DNA of 64,000 bases from an uncultured virus (IMG/VR IMGVR_UViG_3300037067_011443) (IMGVR_UViG_3300037067_011443), one strand, 5' to 3'; counted from the first letter of the stretch, positions 9,927 to 21,310 are shown. The notes: generated by a model not told the origin, from the letters alone. Numbers and translations: made by a program.

Positions 9927-10071
9927 AATATGTCCTCACTTTTTCTCCCCACAAACAAATAAAAAAAATAAATAGGGAAGAGTGTGAGGACTCATTTGGT
10001 TGGATTATAAGCCCAACCTATCCCTATTTAATAGAGCCAATCATAATAATATTATTGTTTAGATAATTACA

Positions 10072-10374
10072 TTACTCATATACTGCATAAAATTTAAAAT
10101 CATCTTCATATATATCTGAAATGTATTTTATTTTAATAAAATCCTTAATTAGTGATTTATCTAATAAATGTTCTGTTTTAGGGATTGTTAATCCAAATCC
10201 TTTAAAATCAAAAGCAAAATTTCTATCACCAATCCATAAAATTTTACAATATTCTTCTTTGTATTTTTCGATGATTTCTGGTTGAATATCAATAGTCTCC
10301 ACATCTTTATTTTTAATAATATTAGTAACTTCAATATTATTTTTATTTTCTAATGTTGAATTTTTCTTTGCCAT
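10072..10374 (-). CDS. Hypothetical protein
   Basis: ORF with RBS GAGGTG. Confidence 0.6.
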   Translation of the reverse strand: MAKKNSTLENKNNIEVTNIIKNKDVETIDIQPEIIEKYKEEYCKILWIGDRNFAFDFKGFGLTIPKTEHLLDKSLIKDFIKIKYISDIYEDDFKFYAVYE

Positions 10375-10402
10375 ACTATCACCTCAATCCTTTATTTTAT
10401 TA

Positions 10403-10573
10403 TTATTTATTTATATTTTTACAATTTAAATATCTATCTATCATTTTAATACACATATCGTTCTGACACCATCTAATAAAAGCACATGGTTTATTATCTA
10501 TATTACAATTCACATTAATTTTTCTACCATTGACTATAAGATTTCCATTTTTACATAAAAATTTATTATCCAT
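10403..10573 (-). CDS. 56-aa Cys-rich small protein (not in ORF track)
   Basis: GGAG RBS; MDNKFLCK...C...C...WC...C...C with 6 Cys. Confidence 0.55.
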   Translation of the reverse strand: MDNKFLCKNGNLIVNGRKINVNCNIDNKPCAFIRWCQNDMCIKMIDRYLNCKNINK

Positions 10574-10643
10574 AAAATTTCTCCACGAAACAAATTTTTA
10601 TAAGGGATATTTTTATACCCCTTATAAAATTATATTTTAATTA

Positions 10644-11681
10644 TTAAGCTGTTACAGTAACAAGACAAATATCAGTAAAATTAGTTGTACCATCATTATA
10701 TGTAGCTTGAATAGTTGCAACTTCTGCTTCTACTGCACCAGTTGCAACAGTTATTAATCCTGTACTTGCTCCAACACTTATATGAGTACCTCCACCTGCT
10801 AATTTAGCATATGTACATAAAGATGTTAATGAAATATTTGTATAATTACCACCTCTAATACCTAAAACTGATAATTGCTGAGTAGTAGGTAATGTTCCTG
10901 CAGCTGAAACATCAAAAGTTGATGGAGTTACAGCAATTTCTGATACTGCTGTTGCAGCATTTGTATTAGGAATCCATGATACATAAGCATAAACATCTCC
11001 ACTTGCACAAGTTGTCCCAGCTACTGCTAATGCACTTCCTTGTAATGCTTCTTTACTAACCCCTCCAGCGGATAAATCTAAAGTATAATTACCAGAAACT
11101 TGAAAAGATGGTATTTCTACTTCGAAATACTCGACAATAGCTCCAGTATTATCACGAACTTCTGCTATTAATATTAATGTAATTACTGAAGGTGGAACTG
11201 TTGTAGATACAGTAACCCTATCAACTACATCCGCATATCTATAAACGACATTAACCGATGAAACTCCTCCTGATGGTACAGTGAAGTTTTTCCCTGATGG
11301 AGTTATAACTGCAATAGTTCCATCTGATTTAAATACACTAACATCTCCAATTGGTGTTTCTATTAATGTTCCTACATCTGAAACCAAAGTAATACATTCA
11401 GTTTTTACAACAGTAACACTAGCATTCACAATTGAACTACCAGTATTTAGAGATAAAAATTCTTTTGTGAAAATAGCTTGTTCAATATTTACATCTAAAT
11501 CTCTAGTATGCATATATTTGTAAAGTAAGGGATTATTTATGCCTCCTCTGACATCAGTATTTGACATTTTTAAAGTAAATGCTGAAGTTAAATTTGCTTT
11601 ACCATAAAATAAAGCTTGATTTGTATTTGGAATCATACCTATTGCATTTGCAACAGAAACCAAAAATGTGTTATTTGCCAT
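10644..11681 (-). CDS. Major tail tube protein with C-terminal Ig-like domain
   Basis: RGGxxN motif typical of SPbeta-like tail tubes; strong RBS; position after head-tail genes. Confidence 0.75.
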   Translation of the reverse strand: MANNTFLVSVANAIGMIPNTNQALFYGKANLTSAFTLKMSNTDVRGGINNPLLYKYMHTRDLDVNIEQAIFTKEFLSLNTGSSIVNASVTVVKTECITLVSDVGTLIETPIGDVSVFKSDGTIAVITPSGKNFTVPSGGVSSVNVVYRYADVVDRVTVSTTVPPSVITLILIAEVRDNTGAIVEYFEVEIPSFQVSGNYTLDLSAGGVSKEALQGSALAVAGTTCASGDVYAYVSWIPNTNAATAVSEIAVTPSTFDVSAAGTLPTTQQLSVLGIRGGNYTNISLTSLCTYAKLAGGGTHISVGASTGLITVATGAVEAEVATIQATYNDGTTNFTDICLVTVTA

Positions 11682-11707
11682 ATTAAAATTCCTCCTTTTA
11701 ATTTATA

Positions 11708-12523
11708 TTATATTTGTTTAGAAACTTGAAAAATTTCATTATCTTTCTCAAATTTACCTTTCTCAATTAATATATCTGAATACCTACTTTTATTAGGTAT
11801 ATGTGATATCCAACTTTCTAATTTACCTGTCTTAAATGAAATTTGCCCACTTGAAACTAATGGATGTAATAATTCATAATTTAATAACAAATGAATTCTT
11901 TCCATATGTTTTTTAAATTGATAAAATGTTAAAGATTTAAATTCTACACTAGTAATTAATATCTTCATGTATGCACAAAATGAAAACTGTTGTTCTTCAA
12001 ATGTTGCAGATTCAAAAGATTTATAAAATATTATCAAACTTTCTTCTAAAGTAGGGTCAAATTCATTTACATAATCAATTGAAATGTCATTTTGTTCAAG
12101 TATAATTTCACGAATATTATTAAAATCATTTTCATCAAATTGTTTATCTTTTATTTTTATGATAATACGAAAATCATTCATATTTTTTATATCATTCCAT
12201 GTATCAAAATGACTCATATATAATATTTCTAAACAATTACATCTTGTAATATATTTTAACAATTCTTTTAATTTATCAAGTATTTGTACATCCTTGTTAT
12301 ATTCTTGAGATTGCATTACATGAAGCATAAATTTCAAATATGACATTTTCAAAATTTCTTTATTTGCAATGCTCATTTGATTATAAGTTAAAAGACTTGA
12401 CATAATTTCATATAATTGTTCATCATCTATTCTTATTGGATAAAAAAGAACTCCTTTATATTCTTGAGGTAATCCTTTTTTATCATTTTCTTTTTTATAA
12501 TATTGCTTAACTGTATTATTCAT
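11708..12523 (-). CDS. Tail assembly/hypothetical protein
   Basis: Synteny within the SPbeta-like structural operon. Confidence 0.45.
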   Translation of the reverse strand: MNNTVKQYYKKENDKKGLPQEYKGVLFYPIRIDDEQLYEIMSSLLTYNQMSIANKEILKMSYLKFMLHVMQSQEYNKDVQILDKLKELLKYITRCNCLEILYMSHFDTWNDIKNMNDFRIIIKIKDKQFDENDFNNIREIILEQNDISIDYVNEFDPTLEESLIIFYKSFESATFEEQQFSFCAYMKILITSVEFKSLTFYQFKKHMERIHLLLNYELLHPLVSSGQISFKTGKLESWISHIPNKSRYSDILIEKGKFEKDNEIFQVSKQI

Positions 12524-12526
12524 AAA

Positions 12527-13081
12527 TTACCCCAAACTTTGAACAGTCATATTAAATGAGTTACCTATATAATTTTTGTTATTAGTTATATTTGATACTG
12601 CTCTATCATATCTACTTTTACTCATATCAAAAAACAATTGTCCTAAATCTATAATAGAAATTCCGTTGAGAGCTTCTAATATTTGTTGTTGCATTGTTTC
12701 AATTCTTGTTTGATAATTATTAAGTTGGTTGATTTTAGAAAAACAAATAATTTCAAACATAAAACACGCTGTTGCAGTTGTTCTATTTGTTGGGGATAAA
12801 AAAGAATTATACAAATGTAGTTTACAGTTTTGTGTTGTAAAACTATCATCTGTAGACCTTTGAAAAAAAATATTATAATTCTCCGAATCAATCTGACCAT
12901 TCCAAATTAATTGTCCTTTTTCAGCCATAGTTAAATCTGGTTGGTCAAGAGCATCTGCAACAGGATATTTTAATAATTTAAAAATTGTTTGATTATTCTC
13001 CATGAGATAAGAAATTATATTATATTGAGCTAATGGTAATGTTTTAAATTTATTATAAGCACTAGTATCAATTACACTCAT
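12527..13081 (-). CDS. Putative tail terminator/head-tail joining protein
   Basis: Size and position upstream of the tail tube. Confidence 0.5.
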   Translation of the reverse strand: MSVIDTSAYNKFKTLPLAQYNIISYLMENNQTIFKLLKYPVADALDQPDLTMAEKGQLIWNGQIDSENYNIFFQRSTDDSFTTQNCKLHLYNSFLSPTNRTTATACFMFEIICFSKINQLNNYQTRIETMQQQILEALNGISIIDLGQLFFDMSKSRYDRAVSNITNNKNYIGNSFNMTVQSLG

Positions 13082-14403
13082 TAATATACTCCTTTCAAAT
13101 TTATATCTATACTAACTGATGTACTATCAACCGCATTGGTACAAACAACATGAAGTTTATTAGTTGTATATTTTAATATATTTTTAATTTTAAAACTATT
13201 TCCACTTAATATAGTCAAAGTATAATAAGTATTCACCGTCACACCACTTGCTACAACAGTAAATGTATCTGCGTTAAGAACTCCATTTGTATAAGACCCT
13301 ACTGTATACGTCACTTCCGCAGTTTGCAAAATATCCGTCTGTGTAGGAGATATCACATTAGTTTTAACCACTGGAACAATCGCACTTACAGTAATAACCA
13401 TATTACTAAATTTAAGTAAATTATCTGTCATTGCACAAGTTATTGTACAACTACCTATCGCTAATAAATGTATATTTCCACTATTATCAACAGTACAAAT
13501 TAAAGGATTGCTTGAAGTCCATGTCAACGGAACTGTTACTATTTCATTATTTAATTTTACAGTTGCAGATAATGTTTCCATAAATCCAACACTTTGAGTT
13601 AAAGTATTCCCTTGATTTATTGCTATAGTATATAAATAGCTACTAATATTTGGTATATTATTCACAATATCATCATCAGGAGAAATATTATCTTTCATTA
13701 ATATCATTCTAATTATATTTACAGAAGTAGAATCTAAAGTATTTATCCTTTGGAAATTATTGACAAAAGTGCATTTCCAACTTTGTCCACCAAACATAAA
13801 TCTTTGATTAATTTTACATATCTCTTTTGTCCAATCATTTCCTTGTAAAATAATAGTAGTATGACCGAAAGGTATTATAATATTTGAATTGAAATCAAAA
13901 TCTGGTCTTCTTATTTGTGAATCAATTATACAAGGTTCAGTATGTAAAACTCCATTTGAATCATAATTGTTTAAGACATTATTACAACGTCTTATAACTG
14001 CCGAGGCAGTCGGAAATTTATAGGTGTCTGTATTTGTAGTAATCCAATAATTACTATTAAATGAATATCTTTTACCTAAAGCATAAGCATAATTTACATT
14101 TTGAAATATAACATTACGAAAATCATCATTTAATTTTCCTTCTCCAGTGTTTTTATCACCAAGTACGTGGCAAATTCTTACTGTAAAATTACTAGACCAA
14201 TCTAATTGTCCAAAAGTTTGCTCTTCTTGAATCAAAAAAACATCAGTAGCAAATAAAAATTCATTATCTATTTTAGATTGTAGTATGTTAGCTCCATAAG
14301 TTTGATAAGTATTACCATTATAATTAACACTTGTGCTTAGTGCAGTATTGAAACCACTAAGCCGAGGGTCTAAAACTGTTCCCACTAAAGCACCTTCCTT
14401 CAA
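13081..14403 (-). CDS. Head closure-like protein with Ig-like (Big_2) domain
   Basis: W...RRCN motif plus LTWTSSNP..TVD..G Big_2 motif; likely GTG start a few codons in. Confidence 0.55.
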   Translation of the reverse strand: MKEGALVGTVLDPRLSGFNTALSTSVNYNGNTYQTYGANILQSKIDNEFLFATDVFLIQEEQTFGQLDWSSNFTVRICHVLGDKNTGEGKLNDDFRNVIFQNVNYAYALGKRYSFNSNYWITTNTDTYKFPTASAVIRRCNNVLNNYDSNGVLHTEPCIIDSQIRRPDFDFNSNIIIPFGHTTIILQGNDWTKEICKINQRFMFGGQSWKCTFVNNFQRINTLDSTSVNIIRMILMKDNISPDDDIVNNIPNISSYLYTIAINQGNTLTQSVGFMETLSATVKLNNEIVTVPLTWTSSNPLICTVDNSGNIHLLAIGSCTITCAMTDNLLKFSNMVITVSAIVPVVKTNVISPTQTDILQTAEVTYTVGSYTNGVLNADTFTVVASGVTVNTYYTLTILSGNSFKIKNILKYTTNKLHVVCTNAVDSTSVSIDINLKGVY

Positions 14404-14474
14404 ATTTAAAATAATTTTTCATAATAAAATAGGGTAGAGGACTTAAATAAAATTCTCTACCCTTATATTATTAA

Positions 14475-15011
14475 TTAATAAACTGAACCCTTCGCAATCC
14501 TCAACCAGTTCTTTCCAGCTGTTGAATTAACAGCATTAGTAAGATAATAATATGAACTATCTTCAAATTGCAATCCTATACTAGTTGTAACAGTACCATC
14601 AACTCCTGTTTTTAGAGTTGTATCACCCCATGAACCATTAGTACATGTTTCTGTAGTAACAATAGAATTACCTATTACTCCTGCTATTTTAGCAGTTGCA
14701 ACAACTGTATCTCCTGTACCATCTACAGCAGTTACTACACTACTAGTGTTTGCTGTAATTGCTGCTACTAATGCTGTTACTGCTTCTGGGGCGGTTACCC
14801 CACCACTAACATCTACTGCTATATGCCCTGATGTAATTGTACTATTTGTATCAAATTCATATATATCTGAACCAATAGTTACTAATTGAGTATCAGCCAC
14901 CACACCTGTAAAAGTAAGTGTACCTACTGCATTAACGGCATTTACGGGTGTAAGTGTTGGAAATGTTAAATAATTTAATTCACTTATACCATTATCAATA
15001 TAATGTGTCAT
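14475..15011 (-). CDS. Virion accessory protein (T/A/V-rich)
   Basis: Composition and location; followed by a terminator hairpin. Confidence 0.45.
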   Translation of the reverse strand: MTHYIDNGISELNYLTFPTLTPVNAVNAVGTLTFTGVVADTQLVTIGSDIYEFDTNSTITSGHIAVDVSGGVTAPEAVTALVAAITANTSSVVTAVDGTGDTVVATAKIAGVIGNSIVTTETCTNGSWGDTTLKTGVDGTVTTSIGLQFEDSSYYYLTNAVNSTAGKNWLRIAKGSVY

Positions 15012-15072
15012 TGTTTATATCCTCCTTTATATTATTATTGTTTAATTTATTTATTTATATTAAATTTTTGAT

Positions 15073-15429
15073 TTAATATTTTTCTGATGCTGTGAATTCG
15101 CTTTCCTTTTGTTTTCTAAGATTATTAATAATATCAATACATTCTAAAATTCTTTTTTGGAATTTACTTTTAGTAAAAGGTTTATGTGGCAAATCAGATA
15201 AACCTTCTAATTTATTTAATAGTTCAATATAAAAACCACCATTTAAAAATAATCTATCTCCACAAATCAATTCATGCATTAATTTTTCATACTCATTAAG
15301 AAAATCATTTTCATTAGATTCTTTTATTGGAAGTAAACGAAATACTTTTCCAATTAATCTATCATAATAAGATAAAATATCTTCTTCTTGCATAAATCCA
15401 TTATGTTTTGTTTTTATCACATATTTCAC
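15073..15429 (-). CDS. Hypothetical structural-operon protein
   Basis: ORF with RBS; synteny. Confidence 0.5.
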   Translation of the reverse strand: MKYVIKTKHNGFMQEEDILSYYDRLIGKVFRLLPIKESNENDFLNEYEKLMHELICGDRLFLNGGFYIELLNKLEGLSDLPHKPFTKSKFQKRILECIDIINNLRKQKESEFTASEKY

Positions 15430-15438
15430 CTCATTAAG

Positions 15439-16107
15439 TTATGTTAATCCATATTTTTGATTTAATACATCTGTATATACATTCCATGAATAATTTTTCA
15501 TTTCTTGCATCGCATTTTCACGAATAGAAGTATACCAATTTTCCTTTGCTCTAATTGAATTAGCTTCACTTCCTAAGTGAAAATCAGAATCTGAGAGCAG
15601 ACGGCGTATATCTAAGAGAAAATTTTGCTCTTTGAATGCCCAACATTGCACTAATAATAAAGATAAAATATTTTCCTCTCTATCTGAAAGAGTTAAATTA
15701 AATTTTCCCGTATCATACCATTCAATATTTATATTATCTGTACCAATAGGAGGAATACTTGATAAAGTAACACTATTTGTAATACTATCATATGTACCAG
15801 TTACAATTGCTCCACCAACTTGATAACAAAAAAATGCATCTAAAGTTGGTATAGTTGATAGAACAAAATTATTATGAATACCGTCTCCATTAAATAATTC
15901 TATAAAGCCTACTGGATTAGTTTTATCTAATAATTTTACTTGTATTATTTTTGGCATTAAAAAGAGTGGTATACTTATATTTAAAAAATTATACATTATT
16001 TTAAAAAAATTAATTGGTGAAGTATTATATGCGTTTGTAATTGAGGGGTCATCAAATTGTGAAATTGACCTATTATAAATATTTGAATTTAATGTTGACA
16101 AAATCAA
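15439..16107 (-). CDS. Head-tail adaptor-like protein
   Basis: F..TL...E..IL...W...DF...S.AN pattern seen in SPbeta-like adaptors. Confidence 0.5.
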   Translation of the reverse strand: MILSTLNSNIYNRSISQFDDPSITNAYNTSPINFFKIMYNFLNISIPLFLMPKIIQVKLLDKTNPVGFIELFNGDGIHNNFVLSTIPTLDAFFCYQVGGAIVTGTYDSITNSVTLSSIPPIGTDNINIEWYDTGKFNLTLSDREENILSLLLVQCWAFKEQNFLLDIRRLLSDSDFHLGSEANSIRAKENWYTSIRENAMQEMKNYSWNVYTDVLNQKYGLT

Positions 16108-16185
16108 ATCAACTCCTTCCTTATTATATTAATTTTGTTCTGAACCACTGCACAAGCAGAGCTTGGCGGTTAGCTGGCAAACCTT

Positions 16186-16974
16186 TTATCTATTAATCAT
16201 AGCTTTACTTAAATTATCGTCACCCTCTGTTCCATTTATCATGGACATAATATCTAAATCAGATAATTTACTAAGTAAATTAATTTTATTTGGGTCTCTA
16301 AAACTAATATCTTCACCTCTAACCCATTCAGAAACAAACTTATCTATTATCATTTTTTGATATTTTAAATTTGATTTGTTAAACATATCTTCAAGTTGTT
16401 TAATGTCTAAATTTTGTATTTTGTTTATTGTTTTATAATCAATAAATTTTTCGTGACATTCTACTAAATCAGGGAATACATTTTCAATGATATCCCAATC
16501 TTCTATTATAAAATATCCTTTTTCTGCAAACTTTTGATTTAATCTTACTATATTTTCTACATCAATTACTCTCTTTTTAAATGTACTTCCATATTTTCTT
16601 ATAGTTATTAAATTACCATTATCATCTATTTTTAAATTTAATTCTAAACCATCATACATATTCCTAAGAGATATTAGTTTATTAGGGTCATATTCAAATT
16701 TGGATTTAGTTTCATTTTTAATTCCAATATTATTTTTTACTTCAGATTCTATTGATGATTTATCTTTTAAAGATTCATTTTCTTTTTTTAATGTTTCATT
16801 TTGTTCTTTCATACCATTTAATTGTTCTTGAAATGATAACATCATTTTCATTAGTTCACTATTATCATTAGCTGAGTTTAAAGTAGAAGTAGAAGTATCT
16901 AATTTTACCTCAATCTCTTTTGTTTCAATTTTATTATCTAATTTTTCAATTTCAGTTTTTTTTATATAAGCCAT
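16186..16974 (-). CDS. Hypothetical protein downstream of the capsid gene
   Basis: Coiled-coil N-terminus; synteny. Confidence 0.5.
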   Translation of the reverse strand: MAYIKKTEIEKLDNKIETKEIEVKLDTSTSTLNSANDNSELMKMMLSFQEQLNGMKEQNETLKKENESLKDKSSIESEVKNNIGIKNETKSKFEYDPNKLISLRNMYDGLELNLKIDDNGNLITIRKYGSTFKKRVIDVENIVRLNQKFAEKGYFIIEDWDIIENVFPDLVECHEKFIDYKTINKIQNLDIKQLEDMFNKSNLKYQKMIIDKFVSEWVRGEDISFRDPNKINLLSKLSDLDIMSMINGTEGDDNLSKAMINR

Positions 16975-17230
16975 TTTTCATTACCTTCCTTTTTTCATTA
17001 TATTATTTTAGTTACTAGTAAATCTTTTTCTTTTATATTCCTTAATTCTCCAAAATCATAATCAAATTTACCTTGATTATTTATAACTTTTAAATTATCA
17101 ATATCGAATTTTTCTTCGTTTTTTCTCTTTAAAGGTATAAATGGAATAAGAGACTATATATCAGAAATATAGTCTCTTATATTAAAATATTTAAGCTTGC
17201 AATTCTAAATATTAACCATTATTTAACTAA

Positions 17231-18400
17231 TTAGGCATTCAAATCTAAGATTCCATAGATTGCTGCCGAAGCCACTTTAGCGTCATACATATTCTGAACA
17301 CTAACTACCATCTGTCCATCAGCAGTACTTAATGCATCCTCTTCTCTTGTAATTGCTTCACCTTCGAAAATTAATTTTACAGGGTTATCAGTATCAAGAC
17401 TAAAGAAGTATATTCTAGTATCATCAATACCAAAAGTTAATGTAGTATTAACTGTACCAGGAACAAGAATCTGAGGAACTTCTAATAGATTAACCTGTTT
17501 GTATCTTCCAAGGTAACCCATTGCAGCATACTCTCCACCAAGTTCCATTTTCAGGAAGTCGTTAGAAGGAAGTACACTAGAAAGTGCTAACATTGTCCCC
17601 ATTGCATAAACAGGAATATTACCATTAGCTGCTTTAACTCTCTGAGCAATACTTATAAATGCTGAATCCGAAAATCCTGCTATTTGTAAAGGAGTAGGCA
17701 ATGAAGCATATGAACTATCAATCTGGTCATATACTAACTTAGTTATATCAGTAGTAAATGACAAACCTACTCTATATAACCATTCACCTAAATCATATCT
17801 TCCTGATACTAACTGATACCAATCTAATCCAATTGTAATATCATGATTTACTGGATTTACAGCAATATCTTCAGAATACAATCTTTGAATTGCTCCTCTT
17901 TTTATACCTTTACCAATTTTATTAACAGTAAAGATATCTTTAGATGCAACTTTAAAATGTTGAGTATCACCCCAACCTATATTCCTAACATCTGCTATTT
18001 GCATAAACATATAGTTAACAGTAGCTGTAATAATAGGTGGTAAAGCTTGTGAAATTACTCCAAAGAATTTAGAAGAAAATATTGGATTCTGTCTATTTCT
18101 TGGAGATTTTAAAGTTTCTACATCATTAGATATATTAGCTTCTTTTGATGCATAAGCTAATAACTTTTCTATAACAAGTTTGTTATCATCCATATAATCT
18201 TTATTTTCTGTAAAACCAGAAAACATTCTATTTCTTCCTTCTACTATATGACTTCCTATTGTTGAACCCACTGGTAAATTAGCTTTATGTACAGAATATA
18301 TTTTTTGCTGACCAAGTTCAATTAAAGATTCAACTAAATCTTTTTCTGTTTCATTTGCATACTTTGTCTTATCTGGTGCTGTGAAAAATTTGAAACTCAT
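17231..18400 (-). CDS. Major capsid protein
   Basis: 389 aa, strong RBS, position after protease and decoration genes; ADVRNIGWGD motif of SPbeta-like capsids. Confidence 0.8.
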   Translation of the reverse strand: MSFKFFTAPDKTKYANETEKDLVESLIELGQQKIYSVHKANLPVGSTIGSHIVEGRNRMFSGFTENKDYMDDNKLVIEKLLAYASKEANISNDVETLKSPRNRQNPIFSSKFFGVISQALPPIITATVNYMFMQIADVRNIGWGDTQHFKVASKDIFTVNKIGKGIKRGAIQRLYSEDIAVNPVNHDITIGLDWYQLVSGRYDLGEWLYRVGLSFTTDITKLVYDQIDSSYASLPTPLQIAGFSDSAFISIAQRVKAANGNIPVYAMGTMLALSSVLPSNDFLKMELGGEYAAMGYLGRYKQVNLLEVPQILVPGTVNTTLTFGIDDTRIYFFSLDTDNPVKLIFEGEAITREEDALSTADGQMVVSVQNMYDAKVASAAIYGILDLNA

Positions 18401-18427
18401 GTGTTCTTCCTCCTTATTATTTTAATA

Positions 18428-18979
18428 TTAAGCAGCGACTACTTTTAATCTATATCCTGCTACGTTTGTTTTACCTACTGAAAATACCCAAGTACTTACT
18501 ACATAACAAACTAATCTACTTGCTGCAGCTATAGTAGCTCTTGTTGCATTAGATGCTGTAAAAAGAGCAGTACCATTAGTTGCTCCAACAAACTGAGTTA
18601 CTGTAGGTAAAGATGTGAATGCTGTAGCAGAAACTGCAAATTCATCACCTACTACAAGCTGTCTTGCTTTTGCAGGAACTGTGGCAGGAACATAATTATT
18701 TCTTGGGTCAACAGTATCAACCCTAAATTCTCCACCTATTCTTGCAACTTCTCCTGAATCAACTACCAAAATAATATCGGTAGCCACTGCTGCACCAGGT
18801 ACAGTACCTACATAATTAATTAAATCATTAACTCCATATGTAGTAGTTGCAGGTACAGTTTCTATAACCAAATTACCATTATCTAAATCTGTTGCTGAAG
18901 TTATAGTTCTGTCATAACTTACTGTATCCTGTGATGCCATTCTTAGTGGCTGAAATATGATATGTGTATTAATTGCCAT
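18428..18979 (-). CDS. Head decoration/cement-like protein
   Basis: LDNG motif; lies between protease and capsid genes. Confidence 0.55.
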   Translation of the reverse strand: MAINTHIIFQPLRMASQDTVSYDRTITSATDLDNGNLVIETVPATTTYGVNDLINYVGTVPGAAVATDIILVVDSGEVARIGGEFRVDTVDPRNNYVPATVPAKARQLVVGDEFAVSATAFTSLPTVTQFVGATNGTALFTASNATRATIAAASRLVCYVVSTWVFSVGKTNVAGYRLKVVAA

Positions 18980-19042
18980 TTTTATTTCCTCCTATTAATT
19001 TATATTATTATTGTTGTTACTTACTTTTATTAATTTATATTA

Positions 19043-21310
19043 TTACTTACTTTCTCTCAATCTTTCGATTGCACTTTTTGACTTTTTGATTTCAGGTTTA
19101 TTTACAAAACCAACTTGAATATGAGAATTATCTTTATTAAATTGTTTTTCTTTAAAAGCAAACATCAATTCTTTTTCAAAAACTACTACATCTTCAAACG
19201 TTTTTGATTTTGTTGACCAATCTTGGATTTCTTCAGTAGACATTGAATATAATTTAGAATACTTTGATACAATTTCATCAAATTGAACAGCTTTATATTT
19301 CTTCAATTCTTCCATTGTTTTAAGTTTTTCATCTTCCATAGTCTTAATTTTTTCTTCCAAGCTTTTCTTTTCTTCATCAAAAGCCTTTTTAGTTTCATCC
19401 ATTTCAAGTTTCTTGGCTTCACATTCTAATTTTTCAGTTTCCATAACCTGTTTCTCTTCATCAAATGCTTTTTTATCCTCGTCAAAAGCTTTTTTGGTAT
19501 CATTAAATTTTTTTTCTTCATCCAAGGTTTTTTCTTCCATTCCTATTAGAGATTCAAATACTTTACCCATTTCTTCATGACATCCAAACTCTTTCTTTTT
19601 AATATCATCTTCGTTTCCATCATTTTCATCGTTATCATATTGACATAAAAGTTTAGCATCTTTAGCTTTACCTTCATCCATAACAACTCTGTCATCAGTA
19701 ATAGAATAAGGAACAGTTACTATCTTTTTACCTTTTATATCATAAGCACAAAGATTTTTTTCATCATATCCCATTACTTTATATTTCTTTTCGTTTTCTA
19801 GGGTTTTAACTTTATCTTTCAAAACATCGTCCTCCTTTTTAGTGTATTTAATATGTTCATCAAAAAGATATTCAAAATCTTTTTGAGATAATCCAAAATC
19901 TTTGAAGTTTTTCATATCTAGACCTAATGCTTTATAATGTTTCTTTAAATGATTAATTGGTGCTCCTTTTATTCCTTGTGCTCTTGCTCTAGATAAAGCA
20001 GCTTGACAACCTCTAATATGTACTACTAATGTATCACCAACTACATGATGATGAGGATAATGTACATCATTTATAGATAAATCGCTTGAATTATCTTCAT
20101 CAATCATTAAATATGCTTCTTTAACTAAACTTGCATGATTACTAGCTTTAAGAAGTTTATTTAACATAGTTGCACCTGGGTCAGACCATGCTCCATTAAC
20201 AGCAGATTCTTTACTATTTTTTATTGTTATAGAAGATGATTTACCTAAATCCTCACCTACAGAAAACTCTTTTTTCACAACCTTATCTTCCTCCTTTATT
20301 TCTTCAACATGAATGTCAGATATATCAGATGTATTTTTTAATATTAAAGTTTTATCTTGAAATTTATAATCAAAAGTTTTTTGTAAAAAATCTTTCATTG
20401 CTTTACCACCCAACAACATCACTAAAGCTTGTTTTGCGTTATTTTCAATATCACTTTCAAATTCATCTATTTTCTTTAATATTTCTTCACCTTGTTCTAT
20501 TGAAATTTGATGGTTAACTAATAAATCCCTTGCAGTAATTGCTGTTGTAATTTGTTCTGTAGTATTCATTGGATAATCTTTCATAATCTCCATTTGATTT
20601 TTAATTATTTCTTTTATATCATTAGGTATCATTATTAATTGATTATTTTTAATTTTCAGTTCATCTTCAATTTTATTATCAGTTTTATTTAATGCAAACG
20701 ATAATGATTTACTAAAATTATTGAGATTCTTTTGTGAAAATTGCATTAAATCTAAATGAGCACCAGGAATTCCTTCTGAAATTTTTTCACCTAAAAGTGT
20801 AGTACCTAATAAAGTAAAATCTTCAATTATCTCAATATTTCCATCCATATAACTACTATTAACTTTAATTTCAACTGATATTTTTTTAGTTTTAATATTT
20901 TCAAGCATCTTTTTTATTTGATGATTATAATTAGTAAAAATATATCCAGTATAAGTTAACCATTTCTTACCATTTAATTCTTCTATTTCAATTTTTGAAT
21001 CTAATGGAATAATTCCAATAATTCTCTCACCTTTTTGAAAATCATAATAATATTCATTTGTTTCAGTATCATATTTCAATTCAAGTTCATGTCCAAGAAC
21101 ATCATTTTTCTTTTCATCAAATTGTGCAAGTATAGGAGTATTAATTACTCCACCTAATGCTTTTATAATTGATTCAATAGTAAAAGAAGAATCATTTCTA
21201 TTAAGTCCTTCAGCAACTGCATATAATTTTACAGACATTAATCTTTCATCTTTGTTTATATTTTGGATGTTAAAAAAATGTATTGGTAAAGATATAATTT
21301 TATCTGCCAA
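19043..21310 (-). CDS. Prohead protease/scaffold (YonD-like)
   Basis: N-x-N-x-S-x-F, GH, SVEI and LLG motifs; acidic C-terminal heptad repeats (KKAFDEE). Confidence 0.7.
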   Translation of the reverse strand: MADKIISLPIHFFNIQNINKDERLMSVKLYAVAEGLNRNDSSFTIESIIKALGGVINTPILAQFDEKKNDVLGHELELKYDTETNEYYYDFQKGERIIGIIPLDSKIEIEELNGKKWLTYTGYIFTNYNHQIKKMLENIKTKKISVEIKVNSSYMDGNIEIIEDFTLLGTTLLGEKISEGIPGAHLDLMQFSQKNLNNFSKSLSFALNKTDNKIEDELKIKNNQLIMIPNDIKEIIKNQMEIMKDYPMNTTEQITTAITARDLLVNHQISIEQGEEILKKIDEFESDIENNAKQALVMLLGGKAMKDFLQKTFDYKFQDKTLILKNTSDISDIHVEEIKEEDKVVKKEFSVGEDLGKSSSITIKNSKESAVNGAWSDPGATMLNKLLKASNHASLVKEAYLMIDEDNSSDLSINDVHYPHHHVVGDTLVVHIRGCQAALSRARAQGIKGAPINHLKKHYKALGLDMKNFKDFGLSQKDFEYLFDEHIKYTKKEDDVLKDKVKTLENEKKYKVMGYDEKNLCAYDIKGKKIVTVPYSITDDRVVMDEGKAKDAKLLCQYDNDENDGNEDDIKKKEFGCHEEMGKVFESLIGMEEKTLDEEKKFNDTKKAFDEDKKAFDEEKQVMETEKLECEAKKLEMDETKKAFDEEKKSLEEKIKTMEDEKLKTMEELKKYKAVQFDEIVSKYSKLYSMSTEEIQDWSTKSKTFEDVVVFEKELMFAFKEKQFNKDNSHIQVGFVNKPEIKKSKSAIERLRESK

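Noticed and set aside
16980..17150. Open minus-strand frame after the capsid terminator
   Set aside because: No start codon or RBS.
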